This document shows positions 1-12,113 of a stretch of DNA of 64,000 nucleotides, in pieces. Position numbers and translations under genes: made by a program. Origin of the DNA: Azolla caroliniana (taxonomy: Eukaryota; Plantae; Polypodiophyta); assembly GCA_043228905.1 (NCBI GenBank), contig JBHGNT010000008.1, forward strand, positions 4,960,001 through 5,024,000. The letters are read 5' to 3'. Positions within the stretch are counted from its first letter, which is position 1. The number at the start of each line of letters is the position of its first letter. The notes under the pieces are model-generated. The model searched no databases and had not been told where the DNA came from. It saw nothing but the letters and a program-made list of their open reading frames with translations.

Positions 1-1520
1 AAGGGGATATTGTTGATGAAAAACTTAGATCACCTCCAAAGTATTTTGTAAACCCTAGACAAGGAGTAACCCTTCCACAAGACGAGGTATTTAACACCAA
101 CGGGCATGAGCGACCATGTGTGGTCCTCGGCTAGAACTGGAACACAAACATCAACGGGTGTGAGCGACCATGTGCGGTTCTCACGGGGAGCATGAACACC
201 AAGGGGCATGAGTAACCATGTGAGGTCCTTGCCAGGAATTGGAACGGTCCTCGCTGAGAGTTGGAACACGAACACCAACGGGGGTGAGCAACCATGTTGT
301 CCTCACCGAGAAATGGAACACGAACGGGATTAATCGACCATGTGTGGTCCTCACCAAGAACTGGAACATGAACAACAACGGGCATGAGCGACCATGTCGG
401 TCCTCACCGGGATCTAGAACACGAACAATAGTTGGAGTGAGCGACCGTGTGTGGTCCTCACCGGAGACTGGAACACGAACGAGAGTGAGCGACCATGCGG
501 CCCTCACCGGGAACATGAACACGAACGGGAGTGAGCGGTCATGTGCGGCCCTCACCGGGAATAGGAACACGAACAGGCGTGAGCGACCATGCGGCCCTCA
601 CTGGGAACTCGAACACGAACACCAACGGGAGTGAGCGACCATGTGCGGTCCTCACCTGAGACTAGAACACAAACGGGAGTAATCAACCATGTGTGGTCCT
701 CACCGGGAACTAGAACATGAACAACAACGGGCATGAGGAACCATGTCGGTCCTCACCGGGATCTGGAACACAAACAATAGTTGGAGTGAGTGACCATGTG
801 TGGTCCTCACTGGAGACTGGAACACCAACACCAACGGGCATGAGAGACCATGTTGGTCCTCATCGAGAGTTGGAACACGAACACCAACGGGCGTGAGCGA
901 CCATGTGTGGTCCTCACCGAGAACTGGAACATGAGCCGCAATGGGCATGAGTGACCATGTTGGTCCGCGCTGGGATGTGAACATGAAAAATAACTGGAGT
1001 GAGCGACCATGTGCGGTCCTCACCGGAGACTGGAACACGAACGGGAGTGAGCGACCATGCAGCCCTCACCGGGCACAAGAACATGAATGGGTGTGAGCGA
1101 CCATGCGGCCCTCACCGGGAACTCGAACACGAACGTGCGTGAGCGACCATGCGGCCCTCACCGGGAACTGGAACACGAACGGGCGTGAGCGACCATGCGG
1201 CCCTCACCGGGAACTGGAACACGAACACCAACGGGAGTGAGCGGCCTTGTGTGGCCCTCTCCGGGAACTAGAACACGAACACGAACAGGAAAGAAACTAA
1301 AAAATAGAGACAATGATGAGGAGAACTAAAAGCCAATGAAAATTATGAGAAGAAACTAGGAGATAAAAACAACGAGGAAGATAGGAAATGAAGCGATGTT
1401 GATGATGGTACGGTGACGATGGTAACTCTAGAAGCAAAGGCGATGACGAAGACGGGTGATGCTTCTAGTTGGAAGGTGAACAAACTGTCACGGACACACC
1501 AAGTGCGGACTAAGACGGAG
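1..1520 (-). mobile_element. Non-autonomous chromovirus-derived LTR element, left copy: U5 stub of LTR (1486-~1520), PBS (1473-1485), hairpin tandem array, chromodomain remnant; runs off the window start
   Basis: Minus strand reads ...TGTCCGTGACA|GTTTGTTCACCTTCC, the same LTR-end/PBS junction as at 43115-43140. Remnant VKYLVLWKGY near 60-100. Reverse complement of 1533-2501. Confidence 0.75.
95..1290. repeat. Tandem array of ~45-62 bp palindromic units (core GTGAGCGACCATG..GGTCCTCAC)
   Basis: Roughly 20 visible units; explains the many repetitive ORFs in 30-1040. Confidence 0.92.
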
Positions 1521-1532
1521 CACGGATGATGA

Positions 1533-2871
1533 GGCTTTTAGTTCTCCTCATCATTGTCTCTATTGTTTAGTTTCTTTCCCGTTCGTGTTCGTGTTCTAGT
1601 TCCCGGTGAGGGCCACATGGTCTCTCACGCCTGTTCGTGTTCCAGTTCCCGGTGAGGGCCGCATGGTCGCTCATGCCTGTTCGTGTTCCAGTTCCCGGTG
1701 AGGGCCGCATGGTCGTTCACGCACGTTCGTGTTCCAGTTCCCGGTGAGGGCCGCATGGTCGCTCACGCACGTTCGTGTTCTTGTGCCCGGTGAGGGCCGC
1801 ATGGTCGCTCACTCCCGTTCGTGTTCCAGTCTCCGGTGAGGACCGCACATGGTTGCTCATGCCCATTGCAGCTCATGTTCCAGTTCTCGGTGAGGACCTC
1901 ACATGGTCGCTCACGCCCGTTGGTGTTCGTGTTCCAACTCTCGGCGAGGACCAACATGGTCTCTCATGCCCGTTCGTGTTCGTGTTCCAGTCTCTAGTGA
2001 GGACCACACATGGTCACTCACTCCAACTATTGTTTGTGTTCTAGATCCCGATGAGGACCGACATGGTTCCTCATGCCCGTTGTTGTTCATGTTCTAGTTC
2101 CCGGTGAGGACCACACATCGTCGATTACTCTCGTTCGTGTTCCTGTTCCCGGTGAGGGCCACATGGTCGCTCACTCGTTTGTGTTCCATTTCTCGGTGAG
2201 GACATCATGGTTGCTCACGCCCGTTCGTGTTCGTGTTCCAACTCTCAGCGAGGACCGTTCCAGTTCCCGACAAGGACCCCACATGGTCACTCATGCCCCT
2301 TGGTGTTCATGCTCCCCATGAGGACCGCACATGGTCGCTAACACCCGTTGATATTTGTGTTCTAGTTCTAGGCGAGGACCACACATGGTTGCTCATGCCC
2401 GTTGGTGTTAAATACCTTGTCTTGTGGAAGGGTTACTCCTTGTCTAGGGTTTACAAAATACTTTGGAGGTGATCTAAGATTTTCATCAACAATATCCCCT
2501 TAAGCCGACAAACGATTTGGGAAGGCATCGTTGGAGGGGTGATAATGTCAAGATTCGAACTCTTGACATAACCATGTTGTAATCGAGTGTTATGTGCTAA
2601 CCACACATCTAACATATAATCATGTATATATTTCCTCATTGTAAGTTTTAGCTAGCATCATGTGCATAATTTCTCCCTTGTATTATTAACACTTGGCACA
2701 TGCATGCGTACCTACTGCCTACATGCTCTATTGTATCACATGCGTGCAACAGGTATGCATGCCACTCAATATAAATAGTTGAGTTCACCTTGAATTCCTT
2801 CAAGGTGAACAACGCCAGTCATGGACATATCAATCTAGTATTCTTAGTTCGCGCTTGATGTGTCCGTGACA
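1533..2871 (+). mobile_element. Non-autonomous chromovirus-derived LTR element, right copy: tandem array, chromodomain remnant, PPT, 3' LTR 2546-2871
   Basis: KYLVLWKGY remnant at ~2405-2440; PPT GGAGGGG(T)GATAA just before TGTCAAG at 2546; LTR ends GTGACA at 2871; TATA at 2770. Confidence 0.8.
1580..2405. repeat. Tandem array of palindromic units, inverted copy of the 95-1290 array
   Basis: Units GTGAGG(A/G)CC..CATGGTCGCTCAC repeated throughout. Confidence 0.92.
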
Positions 2872-3203
2872 TCCGACATCAGATAGGCCAAATGGCATGC
2901 AGGTGAATTGGAATGCTCGCAACGTGTGTGGAATGCGGTTTTGTGGGCGTCAGAAGGCTTTAAAGGCTTCGAAGGCGATGGGAGGGAGTTGGGATGCCAT
3001 GAATGAGGTTTTAGCGGCTAAAATTCTACGTCGCTTCTCTACCAATATGTGAAATCACATAAAGAGATCAACACCTACTTAGCTTCTGACTTCATGCTCA
3101 ATTTATTGTCGATACAAAGGTACCCATTTGGGTTGGCTTGGCTACATGCACGCTAAAAGGGGTGTGCTAAAAGGGTGGCACAAAGGAACACATGCACACC
3201 ACA
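2872..3203 (-). mobile_element. Truncated Gypsy fragment (LTR ~3048-3203, PBS, gag start) related to the 33134-42077 family
   Basis: TGTGAAAT...CACCACA LTR with the shared AAAGGTACCCATTTGGGTTGGCTT block; GGCGATGGGAGGGAGTTGGGATGCCATGAA resembles 41734-41763. Confidence 0.7.
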
Positions 3204-3204
3204 A

Positions 3205-5185
3205 TCGATATATACATATATAAAGTATAACTTGTTCTACATTGTTATTAAATCTCTCTCTCTCTCTTTATCAATCCCTTCCATCTTGTTCTAGCTTTTC
3301 TTACATGATATCAGAGCATAGTTGCACGATCTAAATCTCATTTCTAAACTCTTCTACAACTGACAAAAATCTCCACATATTATTTAAGGTAAGAAAATCT
3401 CATTGCATCCTATCACTATGGCAAGCTCAAGTAAAAAGTGCACCTTAGACAAATTGACAAAGAAAAACTACAAAACATGGAAGACTCAGATGGAACTTCT
3501 ACTTGATGTTGACAAGCTCCTTGAAGTCACAATTGGCGCTAGTCGAGAACTTGAAAATCGACAGTCAGACAAATGGAAGGAGTTAGTGTGGCCAAAGTTG
3601 GACAAAAAAGCTAAATTGGAGATAATATTAAATGTAATGAAAAATAGAAAAATAATATTCGAAAACCCACATCTATAGCTGCAATGTGGGCAAAACTGAT
3701 GGAACTATATGGACCTCAAGATGGTACAAGTAAACTTCTCACCTTAGCTACAATGCTCAACAGATAACAATGACAATCTCCATCAATCGATTTCAAAGGA
3801 GTCATCCTGCAAATAAACAAGGGTACAAACTTGATAAATTAAGAAACAGTGAGTCTAATAACACATACAATAAGAATGAAATACAAAAATACTATGGGAA
3901 CAACTCATGAAAAAATGGAAGCTTTAGAATTATATGTAGATATTACAAGAAGGAAGGAGATACTGATGAGTATGTCATCTCTGGCAACAAGAGAAAAACT
4001 CCAACCAACCCCATGCACATAATGTTATTATCCAACAAGCAGATAGAGAACCAGACTACTCTTTTGAAGAAGAACTTGAACAAAAAAGAGAACATGATGA
4101 AGAAGAGTACATTCAGGAATATCATGCAAACAAACATGAAGAAAACCAAACTGAAGATGATAGTACGTGGTTCTTGGATACTAGAGCTAGTCATAGTCTA
4201 ATATATTGAAAAGACCAGTTGGACAACTATCGAGAGCTCCCAACACCATTGACGCTCACATTCAGTGGCAGTTGGGAGAGGCAACATCAAATTAAGGCTT
4301 ATCAATAATCACGTTGTACAAATTTCTGATATATACTTTGTACTTGGAATTGCATAACATCTTTTATCAGTGGGACAAGCTGCCTACTGCAAAAGAAATG
4401 ACAATTAAATTCAACAACCAACAAGCTACCATGTATATCAAAGATTACCAACATGAGATAAGAATTGTATCATGTCTAAAATAGGGGCAATTATATCATG
4501 TCAAGACAAATCATAGACAAGCATTAGATGCTAAAGTACATCAAGTAGAAGAAGACAATGTGCTCCCCACCTATCTATGGCACTGCAATCTCGATCATCT
4601 ACATACACCAACACTCAAGTTATGTCAAAATCAATTGATATTTGTGAAGGATATTAGTATGGGAAAATCGCTCAAAAGTCATTCCCAATAAGTACGTCAA
4701 AGACAAAGGAACTACTTCAACTTGTTCACTTGGATGTATGTGGACCAATAACTCCCAACTAACTCTCTACAACAGGGTAATTTATAACCTTCATCGATAA
4801 CATTTCACAATTTAGAATGGTTAACTTTCTTAAACAAAAAGGAAATGCATTTAAAGCAGTTTCTACATATAGAAGCTTTGTTGAAAATCAAACACAACTT
4901 AAAGTAATAAGAGGTGATAATGGTGGAGAGTTTGTTTCAAAAGAGTGGGTCCAAGCCTTTAATGAACAAAATGGTATATTTCATCAAAAATCAATGGTCT
5001 ACACACCTCAACAAAATGGGATAGCCAAGAGAAAGAATCACACCTTATTAAATGTAGCTAGGAGTATGCTGAAGACAAGTGGGATGGACTCGAGATTATG
5101 GGCAGAAGTAGTAGCTACAACTTGTTACCTACAAAATAAAACTCGTCACCAAGCTATAGAAGGACAAGGGCCATATACCATGTGG
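3205..5185 (+). mobile_element. Degenerate, 3'-truncated Ty1/Copia (LTR end, tRNA-iMet PBS, gag, integrase)
   Basis: TTACA|TGATATCAGAGC at 3301-3317; gag NYKTWKTQM; integrase IRGDNGGEF, YTPQQNGIA, LWAEVV; many stops and frameshifts. Confidence 0.85.
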
Positions 5186-5426
5186 CAAGAGACATATATG
5201 AAGGTGATCGAAAAGCAGTTTTCCTTGGTGGTTGTCACGCTGGGGATTTTCGGGGTTGGTTATTGTCACATGAGGAGGTCCAAATCCAAATTATGTGTGT
5301 TGGTCGGCCACAATATTCAAGTCAGGTGGTGGCCATGTTGTCCAACTATCTCACGGGGATTGAGTGGTACATGGGCTCATGCGGATCCTTTCGGTCTCGA
5401 GGCGTCTTTTGAGTTCTATCGAGTCT

Positions 5427-5535
5427 AATGTCCCTTCAAGTTCCCTTTATTTCCACAAAATGCCCCTCAAAATTTTCTTTATTTCCCCAAATGCCCCTCC
5501 AAGTTATTTTGTATTTCCCCAAATGCCCCTAAGCC
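5427..5535. repeat. Short tandem repeat (3-4 x ~33 bp, core AAATGCCCCT) in the proximal upstream region of the 5603 gene
   Basis: Core visible at ~5427, 5458, 5489, 5521. Confidence 0.6.
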
Positions 5536-5602
5536 ATCACTGTTGATCTGACCCCCCTCTCTCTGTTTCTCTCTCGCTCTCTGAGTGAGAATCGGAAGAA
5601 GT

Positions 5603-5877
5603 ATGTTGCGAGGACTTCGCAGAGTCCATCGTTTGTGTGGATCATCCACAGCTCGACATGCATCTGCTCAGCCTCCATGGTCTTCTTCCTCCCAAACACG
5701 CCTCCCAGGTAATCTCCTTCTTCTTTCGATTCCTCCTTTCCTTTTTCTTCCTTCTACCAGATTTCGATTCCGTTACATACGTAAATACATCATATATATG
5801 CCCACATACAGTTGGATAGAAGCGTAGATGCATTTTCTTGGTATGCGTATGTGTTATGTGTATGTGTATGTGTGTGC

Positions 5878-5946
<69 letters not shown>

Positions 5947-5950
5947 GGTA

Positions 5951-5993
<43 letters not shown>

Positions 5994-7894
5994 TTGTATG
6001 TGTATGTGTATGCTAGGATGTGTATTTGTGTATAGATATTTGTATATGCTAGGATGTGTATTTGTGTATAGATATTTGTATATGCTAGGATGTGTATTTG
6101 TGTATAGATATATGTATGTTAGTATGTGTGTATTTATAGATATATGTATGTATGTGCTCTTCTACAGTAAATTAACTGGTAGATCTGGAACGTGTGTATG
6201 TGTAGATATATGTAGAAGTATGTAAGCGTATTTATGTATGTATGTTTATGTATAACTATGTACGTTTGCTTGTTTATATGTATATGCAAATATCTATGTC
6301 TTGCACTTTCGATTGGATTTTTCATTGTCTTGTTCCATGCATTGGTCTTTGAAGCTTAAACTGTTGTAATTAGAGGGATTCAGAAAAGCTGAACTATTTT
6401 CTTTTAGTCTTTTTTGTGTGAATACTGCATATTTTAAAAGATCAATTAGATTTATCAGTTTACGCTTAGGAGTGGAGGAAAGTCTTTCGGACATAGGTTT
6501 CATATTTATCGTACATAACTGGTAGTCTCTCTTTTATGGTTAGGATGCTGCTGAATGGAGTCAATTTGTAAAGTGTTTTACATGAGTGCCTGAATGGTAA
6601 TGGACGCACATGATGTGTATCTAATTTTTTTTTTGTTTTTGGTCTTTAGTCTGACCTTTATACCATTGTGTGATATCATAGAATGATGGGGTAGATCAGA
6701 GGTTGTTTATGAAGGGTTTTTCTTTGAGTAGTTTATGGGGAAAACTGGGAAATACTCCTGAGTATTCGTTAACTTCCAAGTGCCCTTGGTGAGCTGCCTT
6801 CAAGAAATTATTTGTAATATTTGAGCAATTATATGGTGGATGGCTGTTCTTTTTCTCAGGTTTATATGTTCTATTTGAGCAGTTATAAGGTCAATTCATC
6901 CCTTTTTTTTCTCTTTTGGGGAGTTCACCGGTGGTATTTTGTGGAAATAGAAAAGCTTAGGCGTATCGCAGAGATTTCCTTATGTTTTATCAAGCTGATA
7001 TTTGTATGTCATTGAATCTAAGTGCTAGATGAAAGTGATCATAGAGACCTTAGAGATCTTGACCATCCATGACTTTTAATAGGAAGATGTTTATTAGACT
7101 TCTATGACTAGATAGAGAATGTGTTCACATTCCTTTTTGATTCCACATGAAATGGTTGAGTTCTTTTCGTTCGCTATGGTCAGCAGGTATTGATGTAGAG
7201 AAATATTGGTTCAACAGGTATATTAAATAGTATGGAAAGAGAATCACGAGTAGAGGACCATAAATGGGCAATTGTCAGAGGCTGTTCATGTCGGAGTGTC
7301 AAAGTGGATTCTTTGTCAAGCCGATTTTATCGATCCGAATATGATTTAATTTTGAACAACTCTCCAACATATTCAACTAAAGCTAAAGAAGAAGATAAAT
7401 CTCAAGGAATGGAACAAGAAGAACTAAAATATAAATCACTTGAGGATTTTCAACATGAAGAAATTGTGGGTCCAACTGTGGAGAGAGACATGTCTGCAGT
7501 AGCTGACGAGCTTAGAAAAACACATTTGGAAATAAGAGAGGTTATAAACAAATTTTCCAAATCTATCCTGGCTGTCGGCGTAGTTCACTTGATATGGGGA
7601 GGGATGATGTTTAGAGTCATTGATTCTTCCTTTAGCCATGCCTTATTAACTCAAGTATGTTTGTCTTCATTTGTGTTCTTTGGTTTATCGTACTATTCTA
7701 GGCAAACCCTCAAGCCTATTGAATTTTTCACTAAGCTTGAAGAGCGAAGTCGGCTTCGAATGATCACTCTTTCCTTGCAAGTCACTAAGACACTAAGTGC
7801 CTTCTTTCAACGTGGTTATGGTGTCAATTTGGCTTTGTCTTTGGCGTTAACTGCGAATTTGTTGGGTTGTCTTAAGTTCTTCTTTTCATTTTGA
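5603..7894 (+). CDS. Uncharacterised membrane protein with a probable mitochondrial presequence; CDS join(5603..5708,7218..7894), ~260 aa
   Basis: Exon 1 MLRGLRRVHRLCGSSTARHASAQ is R/S-rich and lacks acidic residues; CAG|GTAATC donor and CAACAG acceptor join in phase 1 with the 220-aa ORF; hydrophobic segments ILAVGVVHLIWGGMMF, LLTQVCLSSFVFFGLSY and a C-terminal one. Confidence 0.75.
5850..6130. repeat. Compound microsatellite (TG)n/(TGTATG)n plus 3 x 36-bp repeat in the intron
   Basis: Directly visible. Confidence 0.95.
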
Positions 7895-10024
7895 TGAGAG
7901 AGAGAGAGATGGAGCCAAGTAGTCTCACCAGTGAAAAGATCAAATCAACCGCTTTTTATTAAAGCACAATTGTCAAAGTCAGAGTAACGTAATCATGCCA
8001 ACTTTTTTATGATTGAGGAGGAAATATATTGAGTTGCTACAAGGTCTAAGTAGCTGAATAATTTCACTTTTTGTGATTTACTATGATTGGCCATGGAACA
8101 TGACTTCCTTTGAGTTATCTAAAACATTGTTCGATATCTCTAGTGCTATGTTGATGTGTATGCAGTGCTTTGTCTATTCATACTGACAATTACTTGGTGA
8201 TGCCATGGCTTAAATTCCATTCTCTACTCCACTGCTTCTAAATAAACTGTAACGGTCTACATCTTTGTTCTAACCCTAATTAACCTTGCATGTTATTGAT
8301 AATATAGCAAAGCTGGGTAGAAATTTCAGCTATCATGTATGTGTATTGGGATTTCCTTGAGCAAATTGGCCATTACATTTTAGTATTTTTGTATTAAAAT
8401 ATGATATATATTATCTTGTAGTTGTTTTGTTGTTCTAAAGAGATTAGGGGAAGCTAGTAAATTTCTAACCACTTGGATTTTCATGACCCTTTCACTAATA
8501 AAAGATTTCTTATCTTTAGACAAAATCCAGAGCTAATGCTGCTCTATTTTGGTATGTGAGGTATTGGTACTCATCTTCGTCAATGCTATGAAATTCGTTC
8601 TAAAATTCTTGAAGCTCGAGGTTTTGATGCAATTTATTTTTCATGTAACCATGTGATCAGGTGCAATGTTATAAGTTAAGGGATATTGTATGATTATTTC
8701 GCAAGGAAAAAGGCCATGTGATTTCATTGCACATGTTATTATTCTAAAATTCTTATATCTGTTAAAAGAATTTCAATGTGAATTCTTTTGCACGTGAAAT
8801 TTCACGCGATTTATTTTGCAATGTAAGGCTATTTTATCCTTTCCAAAATTCTACCACATATTTTGCAATTGTATGCCATGTTATTTGGAGCATTTGTTCT
8901 TTGCATGGGTGTTTGTTGCCTCAAGGGTGCCTTGCATTGGGGGCATTTCTTTGTGTTCTCTGAAGGATTCTCTCCCTTTGCCTAAATCGTTGGTTGAAGG
9001 GTTTGGAGTGGTGTATACCCTTTAGGTGGTGAACCAAGCGATAACAATTGTCAATCTTCCTCTAGCCACTAGTATCATGCACCCTCACTTGGTGATTTGC
9101 TAATTGTCTCTCTTGCAAAGACTACGTTAGTAGGAGGTTAACTAAGGGTTGATATAAGTTTTAGTGTTAACTAGATTATGACAAGCATGCAATGCATACA
9201 ACATCATGTTAAATATGCCTCAACCACGAAGTAAAACTACTTAACACATACAATTGTAAAGAGTGATTAGTGCTTAACTTAAAAGGCTCTTGCACCAATC
9301 GCTAGTTAACTTGAAAAGAGAGTAAGAGGATAGAAAACTCTAGCTCAAGTTGCTTAATGGGGCTCTAGATCTAAAATTATGGAAGAAGCTAAAAGGTCAG
9401 AACTCCAATCATGTCTTCTCTTTGTGGCTCTTTGTGAGCTACATTTTGGGTTTTGCATTGCGAGTGTCTTACATGAGCCCTCTTCCGAGGCATTTGTTGT
9501 TGGAATTGTCTATGTTCGGCCACACTTTTGTTGTCTACCATGCTTGCAAGTTTGAGCATTGGAATGGAGATGGTGATGGAGGTGAAGGTGGAAATGGGGA
9601 TGAAGAGGAAGATGGATACAAAGGTGAAAATGAAGGTGAAGTTGGAGAGAGAGTTTATACAAGAAAGCAAGAGGCGCACATGGAAGAAGTGGCAGCAAAA
9701 ACAACAAAATAAACACTTTTACAACTTAAGACTATGGAACCGAAATTTGTCTATGTGCACAACCTATATCCATTGTATGTCCCCATGTCGGAATAAGCCT
9801 ACTACATTGATGGAAAGCTCAAACTCTTGAGGGCGTTTTAGGAGGAGCAAACATGAGGTCCATTAAGTTACGTGAGCGAAAATGGTGGCTCTACTTCTAT
9901 TGGCTATATGCCTAGGTGACTTTGTTGGAGCACTTTGTTGTGGCGGTGGTGTAGGTGAGTGAGTATGCCTTGGTTGAGGGACTTGCCTTAAGAATGACCT
10001 TTGTTCTCAAATGTGAAAATGACA

Positions 10025-10748
10025 CGTTTTAGGGACCACTTTTCAACTACTTGTTGAGGTCTTGATGAGGGGCTTTTGTTTTGTAATTTGGCTTGGCACT
10101 AGCATGAACCAAATATTTTCGCATTGTAGTTTGCCTTGGTTTAGGTAGTTTATGTACTAAACTATGCCTAGGAAACCAAAACAAGGGGGTTTTAGGGACC
10201 ACTTTTCAACTACGCATTGAGGTCTTGAAGAGGGGCTTTTGGTTTGTAATCTGGCTTGGCACTAGCATGAACCAAACTTTTTTGCATTGTAGTTTGCCTT
10301 GGTTTAGGTGGTTCATGTACTAAACTATGCCTAGGAAACCAAAACAAGGGGGTGCTTGTACTAAACAAGGGGGTTTTAGGGACCACTTTTCAACTAGTCG
10401 TTGAGGTCTTGACGAGGGGCTGTTGGTTTGTAATCTGGCTTGGCACCCCCTTGTACTAAACAAGGGGGTTTTAGGGACCACTTTTCAACTAGTCGTTGAG
10501 GTCTTGACGAGGGGATGTTGGTTTGTAATCTGGCTTGGCACTAGCATGAACCAAACATTTTTGCATTGTAGTTTGCCTTGGTTTAGGTGGTCCATGTACT
10601 AAACTATGCCTAGGAAACCTAAACAAGGGGGCTGTTGACGAGGGGCTGTTGGTTTGTAATCTGGCTTGACACTAGCATGAACCAAACATTTTTGCATTGT
10701 AGTTTGCCTTGGTTTAGGTGGTTCATGTACTAAACTATGCCTAGGAAA
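10025..10748. repeat. Tandem repeat of ~165-bp unit (about 4-5 full or partial copies), probably inside a decayed TE
   Basis: TTTAGGGACCACTTTTCAACTA at ~10028, 10191, 10375, 10470; TGTACTAAACTATGCCTAGGAAAC recurs. Confidence 0.85.
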
Positions 10749-12113
10749 CATGTGCTTGTGTCACCCTGCTTTTGTCAATTGTTTCCTAACTCGCCAAATG
10801 GCTTGAATGCACTTGATCTTCCTTCGATGATGACTACATGCATATTAACCCACACTTTCGTTTTACTTGAGGCTTGGTCATAAGGTGCAAGTGTATTGTC
10901 TATGGACAGTTGATCATAGGAGCCCGTTTCTAGAACCCATTAACGTTTTGGTGTTTTCTTGAGGCCACCACATTTTAAGGTTGACTATGGCTTGAAAGTT
11001 AGCCTAGGGCTAGTTCCAAAACAAAATCCAATTTCATATTTAACTTCACTCTTATGGCTTGTTTAAGTACTAGGTCTAATCTTGAGTAAGGGGCTCTAGT
11101 GTTTGTTCAATATGGCCATCTAAAGTCTCTACTAAGCTTTCTTTCCTAAGGTTGTTGGTGGTTGGGAAGAAATCCCACTTGCATGACACCAAATTTGTCC
11201 CAAAAGGCACAATTGTTTCAGGACTTTAGGGGCTAGTATCCATGCATGCATAGAAGTTTGAGCGTTTTGATCTGGCAATATAGAGACCCGAGGCAAGGTA
11301 GTTATACCCTCAAACCCCTCAAATGTATCATTACAATTATGGAGGTCAAGGAACTTTAGTTCTTCCCACGCTTCAAAGGAAAGAAGGGTCATCTCCCTAG
11401 AGTTCCCACTAATTAAGCTGCTAGAGGTACTTGTCCAATGTGGTAGGGTAGGTCTATGATTGGAGGTGAGGGTGACTCAACGTTATGGAATTTGATGTTA
11501 TGTAAGCAACAAAAAAGATCGGAACAATCATAAATTTTTTGGCAAATCAAGTTCTTATTGTTGTGTGAACACATCCACAATATTGACTTGGAACAAAAAA
11601 AACATGGTGCACATGTATTTTTGAATAGAGGAAAGAAAGGAAGGAAAGGAAAAAACTAAGATAAATTTGCAAACAAATATTGATTATTTTGATTATCAAT
11701 ATTAGATGTAGCTTGTCGATAAATCCTCCTCAGATATTCGAAGTAGAGGTAGCTCCTCTTAACACGATCAAAATATGAGGAATGAGAGTTTCAAAAATTA
11801 AGCGACCGAACATTCAACATCTTTATATCAATGTTCGTAGGTCATAGAAAAAACCTCTGAATTGTATTGTGGCATGTAGGTCATAAATAAATAAGACCTT
11901 TGAAGCCCATAAAAAAAAAAAACCCTCTGAAATGTATGTGGGCATCATCTAGGTCATAAATAAGACCTTTGAAGCCCATTTAATGCTTAAAATCCCACCC
12001 TAAGTATATTTCTCAATTAGCATCTACCTGTACAATCTTGCCTGAACACTGGTTTTCTCAAATCTAATGTATTTTTTAACACCCAAATTTGGTCTTGGGG
12101 CTAAAAAATATAA

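Noticed and set aside
95-2405. CRISPR-like appearance of palindromic repeats with variable linkers
   Set aside because: Linkers are related to one another rather than unique spacers, there are no cas genes, and the context is a eukaryotic retroelement.
30-2472. Many overlapping ORFs as host genes
   Set aside because: They arise from a stop-poor tandem array; only the chromodomain remnant is recognisable.
5182-5412. 76-aa ORF after the Copia truncation point
   Set aside because: No recognisable motif or splice context; cannot be assigned.
5812-6225. Cys/Val/Met-rich ORFs
   Set aside because: Translations of the intronic microsatellite.
7184-7217. Upstream acceptor CAGCAG at 7186 for the membrane-protein gene
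   Set aside because: Leads to in-frame stops; the acceptor at 7217 keeps the frame.
9350-9830. Overlapping 100-120 aa ORFs
   Set aside because: Low complexity, no domain; probably decayed TE sequence.
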